From assembly GCA_964016885.1 (NCBI GenBank), contig OZ024741.1, forward strand, positions 77,252,001-77,316,000: DNA of 64,000 nt, written 5' to 3'. The position numbers and the translations under genes were made by a program. Position 1 is the stretch's first letter, and each line of letters starts with the position of its first letter. Under the pieces are notes generated by a model. The model worked only from the letters and a program-made list of their open reading frames with translations, did not search any database and was not told the DNA's origin. This document shows positions 13,303-28,831 of the stretch, one piece after another. Origin of the DNA: Eledone cirrhosa (taxonomy: Eukaryota).

Positions 13303-13597
13303 CACTATGAAATTTGAGAACATTAGAATTATATATTATTTTTGTTACCTATGTAACATTACCTGGTATTACCAACTGCGGAAAAAGTGGATTCCCAAAA
13401 CACTTTAGCTAAAATTATCAATTGATCGATCTGTGAGACAGCAGTGTCTACAGCGACCTTCGGCGTTGTCGCCATCGACACCATTGTTGCCATCGCTACC
13501 ACCACCACCACCACCACCAGTATCATCATCGATACAGAATAGGTCAACTACGTACATGTTTGCTCCTTACTCTCTCACTTTATCTATCTATCTATGT

Positions 13598-13639
<42 letters not shown>

Positions 13640-13640
<1 letters not shown>

Positions 13641-13885
13641 AGCAAAGAGATATTTAATTTGTTGGTAATTCCACAAATATATTTATAACAGATTCGAAGC
13701 ACTCGACAATTTTCTGGAGTATAATATCAATGATATTAGTAAATGGAAACTATATTTATAAAACCATATTTATTCTATTATATATATTTCAAGGGTACCA
13801 AAACTTTGGTACGCTCTCATCAGATAAAATACAAAATTTGTTTTATAAATAGTGACATACCCAGGAATCAGACCTTAACAGTTCA
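13640..13885 (-). mobile_element. non-coding HHR-bearing pLTR-like repeat (family F)
   Basis: Near-identical to 28341-28585; related to 20680-21035. Confidence 0.7.
13771..13831 (-). ncRNA. type I hammerhead ribozyme, family F
   Basis: Minus strand: TATTTTAT-CTGATGA-GAG c GTACCAAA gt TTTGGTAC c CTT-GAAA-TATATA-TA-ATAGAATA. Confidence 0.8.
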
Positions 13886-14185
13886 TGTTCTGTTCATTAC
13901 TGCCTTTACGCACGTCCGTAATCTTCACGACATGGTTCGCAGTTCTCTTCTAGGACTCCACCTGGCCCCCGTACTTTTTCTCCCCCCTCCCCCTGTAACA
14001 TCTGCCACATCAAAAAAATGTTTGTGAAAAAACAAGCCTATTCAGGTCGCGATCTCTTGGAAAACGGCTGAAACCGGCGTTGGTGTTTAAGAAATTCAGT
14101 TGGTCGTGTTTAAAAGGCAATGATCGAAGGCGTCTGCGCTGAAAAGGGAAAAAATGTTTTGTATATAGAGTGGATGTGTGTGTGG

Positions 14186-14292
<107 letters not shown>

Positions 14293-14773
14293 TTTGTTGT
14301 TTGTACGAGGCTATGAGAATATGTGTGTATATATAAGTTTAAGAGAGTGTTTGTGTGCAGGTTTGGGTGTGTGGGTAAGCAGTTAACGTTGCAACCATGT
14401 ATTTATATGTATATCGAAATAAACGATGTATATGAAATTAGATAATAGCAAAGTTCATATTTTTTCCAGAACAAATATGCTGTCAATATAGATAGCTTGA
14501 AATGCCAAAACTGCCAAAATTCAAGACATACACATACATCTCTATTACTTAATTACATAAATATTTCACATGAAAATATAGAAGCACATGGCGGCGAAAG
14601 CTTCTGTTAAAAAGCATTTTGACAGATGCTGCAGCCAAGACATTGAGGTCAGCATAGAGGCCACGTAAAGGAATGTGGGCAATTTAAGAACCAAAGAACC
14701 ATTATCATAAACCAGAAAAAAAAGAGATAAAACGCGACGTGCAGCGACTTGCTTTCCGCCTCCAGCTGTCACT

Positions 14774-14929
14774 TTGGCCACAAACCCAAGCTCCGCTGCC
14801 GGCAATGCAAAGGAAAGGAAGATAGTCAAATACCGGGGCCTCTCCGACCGCTTCCTCTTTGCAGCGGTCTCCATCATGACGTCTGGTGTCCATGGTCCTT
14901 GCATTGCTGACTTCCTCCGTAAAGTCTAA
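14774..14929 (+). pseudogene. fragment of the restriction-like endonuclease C-terminus of a CRE-type non-LTR retrotransposon
   Basis: Manual translation LATNPSSAAGNAKERKIVKYRGLSDRFLFAAVSIMTSGVHGPCIADFLRKV resembles the AA..AE..K..KY..L...F.F.P...ET.G.WGP....FL pattern. Confidence 0.55.
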
Positions 14930-15300
14930 AAGAAAGCGGCCTGCTTGAGGAGGAAACCCCATGAGGTGGGCTGTTGCCACGAGTGTTTCTGGCTACTTTT
15001 GCCGTTTGTCGGCGGGGCGTGGCTGATGCGTAGCTCAAACTGTTTCTGCCCCTCCCCCCTTTTTTTCGTCATTTGATCCTTCTTTTTTTTTCTTTTCCTT
15101 TTTCTTTTTTCCCTTTTCTTTTTCCTTCAGTAGTGTGTTTTATTTTTATTAGATACTGCTCAATTATTTTTTTATATAGTTTTAATGGCCTTTCATGACA
15201 TTGTGAGATTTTGTATATTGAATACTGGCGGGTTATATCCGTGTAGTAGAGCACTCTGTCCACGTTCTCGTAAATGGTGAATTAACTGTTGTGGAACTAC

Positions 15301-17316
15301 TTATATATATATATAAAACAGAGAATGTCTGTCTGTCTGTCTGTCTGACTCCCTAAAACTCGAGAACCACCCAACCGATTTTTTTCAAACTTTACACATG
15401 TAATACTTATGGTCCTGTGAGTCTTTTGAGCAAAACATATTTCAAATTTTCAATGCTCTAGGGACCGTATTAGGCGATTTAGCGAAACAACAACAAAGAA
15501 GAGAGAGAACGCAATTACATGCTTTTGAAAAATCTTAATGGAAAATTATTTGCCTATTCACCCAAGGTGACTTCACTTTTGCATCGATTGGTGAACATAC
15601 GACGAAACTGTTTCAGAAAGGAGGGATAAACATGCCAATCTATGTTTAGAATCCCGAGCAACACCGGGCCATTCTGCTATCTAAAACAGAGAATGTCTGT
15701 CTGTCTGACTCCCTAAAACTCGAGAACCACCCAACCGATTTTTTTCAAACTTTACACATGTAATATTATGGTCGTGTGAGTGTTTTGAGCAAAAAGTGTT
15801 TCAAATTTTCAATGCGTTCACAGATTGATTTTTTTAGTTTCAAAAGATCCCGTTAAGGTGAAAGCAACGATTCTTCGCTTAAACTTTAATCTGTTATTTT
15901 AATATACATATATAATTATATATTCGTGTACAGATATTTTTGCATACACAATAACAAAATATAAACAAACGTATTTATTTCACGAGGCTCGACAGCAGCA
16001 AAAACAACAACAAAAAAGAGAGGGAACGCAATTACATGCTTTTGAAAAATCTTAATGGAAAATGATTTGCCTATTCACCCAAGGCGACTTCACTTTTTAT
16101 TAGGACTTCTGCATCAATTGGTGAACATACGACGAAACTGTTTCAGAAAGGAGGGATAAACATACCAATCTATGTTTAGATTCCCGAGCAACGCCGGGCC
16201 ATTCTACTAGTATATATATAAAAACAGAGAATGTCTGTCTGTCTGTCTGTCCGTTTCCCTAAAACTCGAAAACCACCCAACCGACTTTTTTCAAACTTTA
16301 CACATGTAATACTTATGGTCGTGTGAGTGTTTTGAGCAAAGAATATTTCAAATTTTCAATGCCCTAGAGACCGTATTAGACGAAAAACAGCATATATTAG
16401 GCTTTAAAAGCTTTTTTTAGGCACAACGGAACAATGATCCAGGCGGTTTCTTCAAAATTTGCATTACTTATGTCGTTTAAAGTGTTTTGAGCAAAAAAGA
16501 TTTTCTCATTTTTTGCCCCAGGGACCGCATTAGGCGAAACACCGATTTTAAAAGCATTTTGGTTGCGTTAGGGCCTGTAACTCTAGAAGTACCGAACCGA
16601 TTGTTTAAAAACTTTGCATATGCATTACTTATGCTTCACAAATTTTCTTGACTAAAACAGATTTCAAATTTTTGCCCGGCGACCGCATTGTTTAAGCATT
16701 CGTGTTGTAATTCTATTCCCAACATACCCTAAATCGCTTCATTTTTAGGTAGACGGGGCAGAAGGGGATATACTCGATTGGCTGAAGAAGGATGAGACTG
16801 TGTTAGTAGTACGACCAACGGCTGCTATCACATCAACAGCAGCAAAAAAACAACAACAAAAATGAGGGGGAACGCAATTACATGCTTTTGAAAAATCGTA
16901 ATGGAAAATGATTTGCCTATTCACCCAAGGCGACTTCACTTTTTATTAGGACTTCTGCATCAATTGGTGAACATACGACGAAACATTGAAAGGAGTAAGA
17001 CTACACCACTCTCCGCCTCTGCAGTCCCACATGCTTACTGCTCTGTAACCATTGCTAAATACATGTTCGGTTTGTCGAATGCCTTTTTACTTAACCCTAT
17101 CGTCTTGGCTTTCGTGGGTTGAACATTTTACTCTCAGGCACCCAATTAAGTTAAATCCCTGGTAATCTACGACGAATTCTTTTTATAAGCACAAAATGTA
17201 GACAATATCCCCAGGCCGAGGTATTCCGTACTTCTCTGTACTGTTTCAGAAAGGAGGGATAAACATGCCAATCTATGTTTAGAATCCACCCCGAGCAACG
17301 CCGGGCCATTCTGCTA

Positions 17317-17317
<1 letters not shown>
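15301..17317 (+). mobile_element. tandem trimer of a non-autonomous Helitron (units about 15301-15679, 15680-16210, 16211-17317)
   Basis: Each unit starts with ...TAAAACAGAGAAT(GTCT)n and ends with the hairpin CCCG-agcaacgc-CGGG followed by CTA(G); no TSD or TIR. Confidence 0.8.
15836..15885 (+). ncRNA. decayed family C hammerhead-like motif embedded in Helitron unit 2
   Basis: About 15812-15903 matches 1982-2073. Confidence 0.4.
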
Positions 17318-17356
<39 letters not shown>

Positions 17357-17480
17357 ATGTTTATGTAATATATTTTGCAATAGACTTTATGCTTAATTAA
17401 AAGCATTTTGAAGACCGTAAGCTATTGTTTTAAAGTAGTGACAAATTCACTCACTTTGATCTCAGCAAACAGGGGAGATA

Positions 17481-17524
17481 ATCCGACAAGACTTGTTTCG
17501 CTTTGGTTGAAGCTTATCAAGGCC
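17481..17524 (-). ncRNA. type I hammerhead, U3-A8 variant, family G
   Basis: Minus strand: GGCC-TTGATAA-GCTT caacca AAGC-GAAA-CAAG t CTTG-TC-GGAT. Confidence 0.7.
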
Positions 17525-17796
17525 AACTACCCCACCTGTCTACTGAGATCATTGATGTTATATTCTTATAGAAATCTAGTAAATAATCAGGAGCTGATTA
17601 TGCAGAGCGGTTGTTGGTCAGGCAGAAATTAAAAATTAGAATTGGAGCTCTGAAATAGCAATAGATATATGGATGTATATGTAATGTATTTTGCAATACA
17701 CTTTATGCTTAATTAAAAGCATTTTGAAGACCGTAAGCTATTGTTTTAAAGTAGTGACAAATTCACTCACTTTGATCTCAGCAAACAGGGGAGATA

Positions 17797-17840
17797 AGCC
17801 GACAAGACTTGTTTCGCTTTGGTTGAAGCTTATCAAGGCC
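17797..17840 (-). ncRNA. type I hammerhead, U3-A8 variant, family G (intact stem I)
   Basis: Minus strand: GGCC-TTGATAA-GCTT caacca AAGC-GAAA-CAAG t CTTG-TC-GGCT; GUC triplet. Confidence 0.78.
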
Positions 17841-18038
17841 AACTATTTAATTAAGCATAAAGTGTATTGCAAAATACATTACATATACATCCATATATAT
17901 ATTGCTATTTCAGAGCTCCAATTCTAATTTTTAATTTCTGCCTGACCAACAACCGCTCTGCATAATCAGCTCCTGATTATTTACTAGATTTCTATAAGAA
18001 TATAACATCAATGATCTCAGTAGACAGGTGGGGTAGTT

Positions 18039-18082
18039 GGCCTTGATAAGCTTCAACCAAAGCGAAACAAGTCTTGTCGGAT
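18039..18082 (+). ncRNA. type I hammerhead, U3-A8 variant, family G
   Basis: GGCC-TTGATAA-GCTTcaaccaAAGC-GAAA-CAAGtCTTG-TC-GGAT. Confidence 0.7.
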
Positions 18083-18252
18083 TATCTCCCCTGTTTGCTG
18101 AGATCAAAGTGAGTGAATTTGTCACTACTTTAAAACAATAGCTTACGGTCTTCAAAATGCTTTTAATTAAGCATAAAGTCTATTGCAAAATACATTACAT
18201 ATACATCCATATATATATTGCTATTTCAGAGCTCCAATTCTAATTTATATAT

Positions 18253-21035
<2,783 letters not shown>

Positions 21036-21056
21036 ATATATATATATATGTGTGCG

Positions 21057-21276
21057 TGTGTGTAAAAGGTAAATAGAAATAACAACACAATCGGTACAGT
21101 ATATGGAAGGAATATATTAGGTTAACGTTTGAAATAGCTGGAAAAGGGTCTTAACGTTTCGGACGCTAGTCCTTCATCAGAAGAAAGAATGAGATGTAAG
21201 ATAGATTGAAGGGACGGCCGGATTGGAATTGGAAAAATCTCTTTAGATAAAAACAACAGGTCCATTCATGTTGACA

Positions 21277-21278
<2 letters not shown>
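21057..21278 (-). mobile_element. solo 3' end (pLTR) of PLE family E, with hammerhead at 21149-21184
   Basis: Homologous to 33620-33840; TCTT-CTGATGA-a-GGAC tagc GTCC-GAAA-CG-TT-AAGA. Confidence 0.8.
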
Positions 21279-21327
<49 letters not shown>

Positions 21328-21352
21328 ACGCGCGCGCGCACATACACACACA

Positions 21353-21392
<40 letters not shown>

Positions 21393-22198
21393 GGACGTAC
21401 ATACACATACTCGCTGAAAAGAGGTGACCGGTTTGGTCAGTAGAATGTCACTTTGACACAAGCTGCAGCGTGGTCATCCTTGGTCAGGTCATCAGGATGA
21501 AAGTATACTGTCAGATCCGAAACACATAGTGACTCCAGAATACAATACGCCTGTTTCCACGTATTTCCATCACTAGATATATGAAAGGTTTATGCATATA
21601 TATCGTAGACGATCTCTCACTTCTGCACTCTCCATTTCTCTCTAACACGCACACCACATACATATAGCACAACATCAGACTCTCTCACACACTGTTTCTT
21701 TCTTTCTTACTCTCTTTTTCTCTTTCACACACTCTCTCACTCATTTACTTTCATTCCACCCTTTATCTCTGTCATTTTCTTGTTTTTCCTCTTTGAACGC
21801 TCTCTTACACTCTCTCCACGTCTCTCGTTTCCCCTTTTCCTCTCCCTCACTATCCCATAGAATTTCTCTTTAATCCCTTCTTTTCATATATTTTATACAA
21901 GCTAATGAAAAGAATACTAATTTTGAAAATAAGAATAGTTATTAGCATGAACGTTGTAACTAGAGCTGATTTAGCTAATACAATTTATAACATCGCTTAT
22001 TCTCAAAACTACAAATATAGTGAGTGATTAAAAAAAAAAGTCATTTGAGGGAAAGAAAGAAATGAAATTGAGAAATGAATTATACATTTTACTACATGCA
22101 TAATCCTTTCGTCAAAAAGAAAAATAGATGAAAAACTTTACTTCTTACAAATGCTATAAGCATCATTGCATTTAAAAATATATATTACATAGTCGGCG

Positions 22199-22264
<66 letters not shown>

Positions 22265-22595
22265 TGTGTTCTTTCAATCACCGTGAGTCCTGTGTATATG
22301 TATATATGTGTGTATGCTTATATGTAAGTGTATCTGTCCAAAATACACTTTTTTGTATATACTCTCGAGTCCCAAATAATAGTGGAGCGGGTGGAATAAG
22401 TGGGAGGGGGTTGGAGTAAATGGGGAGTTGGAATAAGCGGGGATAGGGAATAAGAGTGTGTGTGTGTGTGAGGGGATTAGTTGAGTCCCGAGAGCATATG
22501 GGTACGCGTGTGTGTTAATATCTAAAAAATACATAACAAGGGCAGATAAATACGTTAGTCTACATTTCACATCTTCCTACGGCAACTAACTGCAC

Positions 22596-22705
22596 ATTTT
22601 TCATCGACACCGAAAGGATGAAAAGCAAGGTTGACTTCGCCGGATTTTGAAGTCAGATCGCAAAGCATTCTAGTCGACGTTCTAACTCTGCCAATTCGTC
22701 GTCGC
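22596..22705 (-). mobile_element. tRNA-derived cephalopod SINE fragment
   Basis: Reverse complement of the same family as 30677-30864. Confidence 0.65.
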
Positions 22706-23327
22706 TGAAATAACATTACAATCATTATACTATAATAACAGAATAATTATTACATCATTATACAATTAATTTATCATTTGCTTATATACAATGTTTTAGT
22801 GATAGATTTTCCACTTTGTTTCCCTTACTTATTAGTATTTACAACCCAAACTGTGCTTTATTAACTATCATTGAATAAACATTGCGTCATACTCCTTGTC
22901 AGATAATACGCTGGTAAATTAGAGTGCTCTCCCCTAAATAGCTGCAGAAACTCACACATTGTTCCAGAGTTATTTACCAGTGATAACGGAATTTGCTAGG
23001 ACACGACACAACCTTCGATTTCCCTGTCCTTAACCGCAGAGAATTGGTTCTGCCAGTATCTCATTAATAATATACATTTCCTTTAACAATATTTGAAAAA
23101 TCGCTACGAAAAAAAACTACGAATAGCAGCGGAGGGAAAGACCTAAACTCTGCAACTATTTCTTTTGGTTGTTAACACACACACACACAGACACACATAC
23201 ACACACACAAACAAAGACACACGCACACACGCACACACACGGACGCGCGCGCGCGCACACACACACACACAAACACAAACACTTACACATGCACATGTGT
23301 AAATGCATGCAAGAGATGCTTAGAGAG

Positions 23328-23482
23328 GTGAAGGTATGATGAGTGGTTAAGGAATTCGTTGCGCAACCAGTTGGTTCTGGGTTCGGTCTCGCTGCATGGC
23401 ACGTTGGAAAAATCTCTTCTACTATAGCCTCGGGTTGACCATGTCAGTGAAATATGGTAGACGAAAATTGCAGAAGCTTGTC

Positions 23483-23486
<4 letters not shown>
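23328..23486 (+). mobile_element. second tRNA-derived SINE family, 5' part
   Basis: A box-like GAGTGGTTAAG, B box-like GGGTTCGGTCTC, body cttctactatagcctcggg...ggtagacg..aa; matching-type 3' part at about 31395-31505. Confidence 0.65.
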
Positions 23487-23522
<36 letters not shown>

Positions 23523-23640
23523 TTTGATCCCAGTTCCTCAGAGAAATAAGAACACAACCAGGAGCTGGACATATCGATGCATTGACGAAGTAAAACACAC
23601 TTCAACAACATGTGTACCTGTCTTTCCCACACCAATTCGG

Positions 23641-23695
23641 ACTGCCTGAAGAGGTCACAGCCAATGATGGCTGTCACCGAAATATATATAGCAGT
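23641..23695 (+). ncRNA. type I hammerhead ribozyme in a roughly 230-bp island (about 23521-23755) between TA tracts
   Basis: ACTGC-CTGAAGA-GGT c ACAGCCA atga TGGCTGT c ACC-GAAA-TATATA-TA-GCAGT; AATAAA about 15 nt downstream. Confidence 0.9.
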
Positions 23696-23908
23696 ATATC
23701 TATAATTTATAATAAACAAGCCAAATTTTACATATTTGACTTAATTATTTTATATATTGTTATACTTTTGTAGGGTCATGTTGCCAATAAGAAACACACG
23801 CACTAGTTGTTTCACTCCAATTTATTATAAGTTAAATAAAATTATAAATTTAAGAAATTTATAACTTCCGGTTGGTTGGTTCTACAACCGGACGGTTGTT
23901 CATATATT

Positions 23909-23951
23909 GTCAAAGTTCTTTCGTCACACATTCTGTGACCTCATCAGTGAC
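23909..23951 (-). ncRNA. type I minimal hammerhead, PLE family A (CUGAUGA, CUU triplet)
   Basis: Minus strand: GTCA-CTGATGA-g-GTCAC agaatgt GTGAC-GAAA-GAAC-TT-TGAC. Confidence 0.8.
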
Positions 23952-24145
23952 CGGGGATTCTTTTCTTTGTTTTGTGCCTCTCCTTTGTTCTGTCCTACGC
24001 CATCTTGTTTTTTTTGTGTGTTGTGTGCTTAGTTTGCGCATGTGTTACATCCGGGTGTCTGTGTGTGTTTTTATTTGTTTATTTATTTGTTTATTTACAT
24101 GTTACTACTTGGTTGTTTGTTCTATGTGTGTTTTCATTTTGTCCT

Positions 24146-27100
24146 TAATTGTAAGTTGTTATGTTGCTATTCCATTCATGTTTTCTATTTAATTTTGGTT
24201 GGAGTTCATTTATGTTTATTGCCTCTGTGATTTGTCTAAACATTGCGTCTTTTCTGTGTGTAGATTTTATTTTTATTTCTATGTTCTCTAATTTTCTCTT
24301 ATGTTCTATTTTAGCATGTTGGTGGAGTACTGATGAATCTTTTCTATCTTGAAGCTCTCGCCAGTGTTCATTTAATCGTTCTCCTATACTACGAACTGTC
24401 TCACCTTACTATGTTTCTAGTTTTGCAGTTAATATGGGGTCTTAGTTTACATGTATTTCTTATCTATACAGGGAGGTCTTTGAAAAGGGTATGTATTACT
24501 AATAAGTGTTTTTATGGAGGTACCTAGTCTTTCCACTATCTTAATATTAAGTTTAAGTTTATCTAGGGCCCTTCCAAATTTGTAAGCTAGTTCACCGCTA
24601 GGGGCTGTATTGATGAACATTACACTCTGGTATTTATTGCTATCATACCATGAGTTTATTCTATTAACCTTATTCCTAGTTCTTTCTATTCTATTCCAAA
24701 ATTTGCTCCTATACAAGGGGCAGATCCTATTTGTATCATTATTTACCATTTTTTTTCCATTTGGTTCTGGCTCCTCTATATACTCTGATTTTATCTCTCT
24801 GATTGTAACCAGAGAACTGCATACGGTGGATGAAGTGTTGTATGTGTCTCTCTAGTTCTTTGGGGTTGCACATGCGGGACACGTTCCTCATCACCCGTAC
24901 TAAATCCACAATCAGTATGTTGATTTTGGTGTGATCCGAAACAGCTGAGTTTCAGTGGATCAGGTATTTGGAAGTCATGGGTTTGGCATAATGGGAATGG
25001 AGGATTTGTTTTTTGTTATTAATAGTTTCTAACCAGAGCTCTCTGTCTAGTACAGGTAATCGATGGTTGGGGTGTTTGCTTGGGTAGTCTATAGTAACTC
25101 TAATACTCTGGTGGATGGAGTTAGCTATTTGCTGGATGCTTTCCATGGTGTTTTTCTCTAATTCCTGACTGTTCTCTAGTGGGCGTGTTTTTACTACGAT
25201 GTTTATATCATCAACATAGCGGGAGTACATAATCAGTGTTAAGAGGTTGTTGTCTTCTAATTGTTCTTTAAGTGTTTTGTCCCACCATACAATGAATAGA
25301 TTAGTTATGTCACCTGCAATGCTAACACCAATGGCTGCTCCCTCCTCTTGGGCATATGTTTTTCGATTAAATTTGAACATATGTTCCTTAAGTGTTAGTT
25401 TTATATTGGCCCCCACCACATGTGCTATCATTTTCTTTAGTTCATCGTGGTTTTCGGGGGTCCGTATGGCTCTGGTCCACCCGTTCCATCTTTCTGTGTG
25501 GGTTTTCTTGGCCATTGAGGTAATAGCAGGTGGTCTGCCTCTTGCTGGCCTTGTGAGACAGAGGTTATTAAGGTCATACGTATCTAGATAATCATTATTA
25601 TATGTAAGTTTAAGTAGGAGTCACAGCTCACTGGTATCAGTCCCACGGAATTCAACATTGCTCTCACTGATCATTTCTACGCAATTTCTCCACAGCAAAA
25701 TCCACGTCAATGGATAGGTATAGGAACACTACATCCATACTACCTATTATACAGTCTGTTAGGTCCCTAGACCGGTTATTTTCGCTGATTCTGCTGAGGA
25801 GGTCCTCCGTGCTGTCACATATATCCGGGGACATTTCAATGATGGGGCGTACGATCAGTAAGAAGAAGTAGGAAAGTCTGTAGTTGCTAGCAATGTTAGG
25901 TGCACAGACTGGCCGTGTTGGTGGTCCTGTGACCGGGTCACTGTTCGTCTTATGGTCTTTTCGAAGCCCATACAACGCTGGCACGTCATTGTTCCAGGCC
26001 TGGAAGTTGTTGCCAGTCCGTTTGTTGGGCTGCATTATGTTTGTCCACATCATCATATGAGCGTTGAGAGTTTTCTCCATATCCTCATGCTCTTGTGGTG
26101 TTACTTCTCTTGTGTTAGTGATGTGGGTTGCATTACCTGGATGTAGTTTGACAGACTGTCAACCGACATTCTGCCAGACTTGTCTGTTGGAAAGCACGCA
26201 ATCTCTCCACTATGTGAGCACTGCATGAGCTTACGCAAGCCATTTGCAGATTTTTCTCCCAGTTGCTGGGCCTCCATTCTATTTTTCTTCTTGCTACACT
26301 GTTCTATAATATTTCTAAGTTTAGATCTAGCTATATTAAATTGTGCTTCTGTTTGTTCGTCGACCTGTGACGGCAATTGCTTGCGTTTGTTAAAAGCTAA
26401 AGTCGTGGCGTGGACTCGTCGTAAGTCGAAGGACATATCGGAAGGGTTATAAAAAGTGGAGTTCCAGGCTGCGTTGTGTGTTCTATTGCTATTGTTAGTT
26501 GTGTTGTTGCTTCTATTTCTATTTCCACCAATAGCCTCATGGTTGTTTCTATGTCTCTCATTGTTACTCCTGTCTCTTCCCTCTGGCTCATTGTTATGAT
26601 CTAATCTATTTTGTGTGTCTGTGTTCATCCTGGTTATTTTCTCTGTCATTAGTTTTTTTACTACTTTTTCTACTTCTCTCATTGCCATTACAGTCCCTTA
26701 CTTCTGTGTTACTGTCATTAACTGTTTCCTGTGTCTTTGTGTCTGTTAAGATTGTGGTGGTGGTGAGAGGCATAGGATGTGTTTGTGCTGTTGTTGTTGA
26801 TGTGTGTTGTTGTTGTTGTTGTTGTCGTCGTTGATGTGTGTTGTTGTTATTGTTGTTGTCTCTGTGTATTTTGTTATTATTGTTGTGTGTGTTGTTGTTG
26901 TTATCGTTGTTTGTGTCTGTATGTCTGTTGTTGTTGTCTCTGTGTATGCTGTTATTATTGTTGTGTGTTGTTGTTGTTATTATTATTATTGTTGTTGTTT
27001 TTGTTGTTGTTATTGTTGTTATCGTTGTTTGTGTCTGTGTGTCTGTTGTTGTTGGGATGTGTGTTATGTGTGTGTGTGCGTGTGTGTGCGTGTGTTGTTC

Positions 27101-27747
27101 GTGTGTTGTTCGTGTTGGTATTTTTGTTTGTGTTTTTGTTTTTGTTGTTGTTTTTGAGGCTCCAACGTAATTTTGTAAATGATTTTTCTATTTCTGACAA
27201 GCATCTTATCATATTTACCTTATTATATGTGGCATATTGAGGTGGTAGCTGTAAGATGGATAATTCATCAGAGTCGACTGTAGTGTTGCCGTATATATTT
27301 GTGTTGTTGTTGTTGAATTCGTGCGTTAATGAGACATCAGCCATGTTTATACCATCAATCCTATCTCTATTCTCTGAAGTTTCTTGGTTTAGTTTCACCT
27401 GTTTGAGCCACGTTAATTTCTTGTTAAAGTGTTTGTTGCATTCTTGGATGATGTACTTTTCTTCTTCGTGTATAATGTTTATGTATTCTAATTTTTCTTT
27501 TGGTGTGGTGATCTTAGTTATTTCTTGTATTAGGTTTCGCTTATGTTTTTCTTGATGACTTAATTCTCTGTAAATCTTCTTTTTTATGTTTAGAATTAGT
27601 GTTCGTTTTAGCCTATCTGCTTGTTTTTTGGTAAGTTGTAATCTTCTTACATCGGTGTTGATGGTGTTGGTGTAAACTCGGGATGAGGCACATTCTTTTA
27701 TAAGTGTAGTTGTCTAGATGTTATTGTTTTCCTTAGACACAGAACAT
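24146..27747 (-). pseudogene. disrupted PLE RT/GIY-YIG ORF, including the N-terminal region missing from the young copy
   Basis: Fragments 26955-27398, 26101-26688, 25664-26080, 24952-25515 and 24447-24749 lie in shifting frames. Confidence 0.88.
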
Positions 27748-27951
27748 GGTGGTTTTCAGTATCTTGTTAACCTGGCTAAGGCTTACGATATTTCGTTTTT
27801 GAATTTGTTTAGCAAGATTCTTTATCTGAAAACGTGTGTTGAAACCGATATTGTTATACTTCGGGAGGGTCATGTTGCCAATAAGAAACACACGCACCAG
27901 TTCCTTTCACTCCAATTTATTATAAGTTGAATTAAATTATAAATTTAAGAA

Positions 27952-27981
<30 letters not shown>

Positions 27982-27982
<1 letters not shown>

Positions 27983-28302
27983 ACCATCTGACAGAAAGGT
28001 ATATGATGCTGACGATAGCTAATAAGCTTGAAACTAGTACATCGTTCCTGTGTCAGTGTTGAACAAAAAGGTGACGATGGTTGCCTGAACACTGTACCGC
28101 GTACTTCGGGCTGTTTGTTTACAAACAAATCGAACATTATAATAAATTTTCGGTAAACCCATATATATGTGTGCATATATGTATATATATACATACTACT
28201 GTACGTCTGCATACATATATGTATGTACGTATACATACATACTTACATTTAAGTACCAGCCGCACTAAGAGTGAGAAATGAAATTTCGTTTCATTCTTTT
28301 CC
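27982..28302 (+). mobile_element. family D non-coding element with hammerhead at 28003-28045
   Basis: ATGATG-CTGACGA-TAGCTaataAGCTT-GAAA-CTAG-TA-CATCGT; homologous to 3083-3420 and 6340-6668. Confidence 0.8.
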
Positions 28303-28340
28303 ATATATATATATATATATATAATATATATATATATATA

Positions 28341-28757
28341 TAAGCAAAGGGATATTTAATTTGTAGGTAATTCAACAAATATATATATAACAGATTCGAA
28401 GCACTCGACAGTTTTCTGGAGTATAATATCAATGATATTAATAAATGGAAACTATATTTATAAAACCATATTTATTCTATTATATATATTTCAAGTGTAC
28501 CAAAACTTTGGTACGCTCTCATCAGATAAAATACAAGTTTGTTTCATAAATATTGACATATACAGGAATGAGACCTTAACGGTTCAAATTAAAACTATCC
28601 AGGTAAAACTTGAACCGTTAAGGTCTCATTCCTGTATATGTCAATGTTTATAAAACAAGCTTTGTATTTTATCTGATGAGTTTTGGTACCCTTGAAATAT
28701 ATATAATAGAATAAATATGGTTTCATAAATATAGTTTCTATTTATTAATATCATTGA
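28341..28757. mobile_element. fold-back family F element; HHR at 28473-28533 (minus) and a stem II-deleted copy at 28665-28713 (plus)
   Basis: Arms at about 28430-28587 and 28611-28757 are inverted around a loop of about 23 nt. Confidence 0.78.
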
Positions 28758-28775
28758 TATATATATATATATATA

Positions 28776-28831
<56 letters not shown>

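Larger units (their letters stand above)
17352..18246. mobile_element. non-coding HHR element (family G), about 316-bp unit: roughly 1.55 units on minus joined to roughly 1.27 units on plus
   Basis: 17353 block repeats at 17669; 17847-18246 is the reverse complement of the same unit; three HHRs; diverged fragment at about 55180-55305. Confidence 0.85.
23757..27957 (-). mobile_element. full-length but decayed PLE family A copy with both pLTRs
   Basis: 5' partial pLTR about 27790-27957, frameshifted ORF about 27747-24146, 3' UTR/pLTR 24145-23757; ORF pieces align with the 7185-9881 protein. Confidence 0.92.

Noticed and set aside
17408-18155. Repeated 74-aa ORF MKTVSYCFKVV...
   Set aside because: TTG start, antisense to the ribozyme strand, no recognisable domain; repeated only because the unit is repeated
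21407-21537. Possible hammerhead (CTGAAAA...GTCAGATCC-GAAA-CACA-TA-GTGAC)
   Set aside because: Core and stems I and II are too degenerate to support
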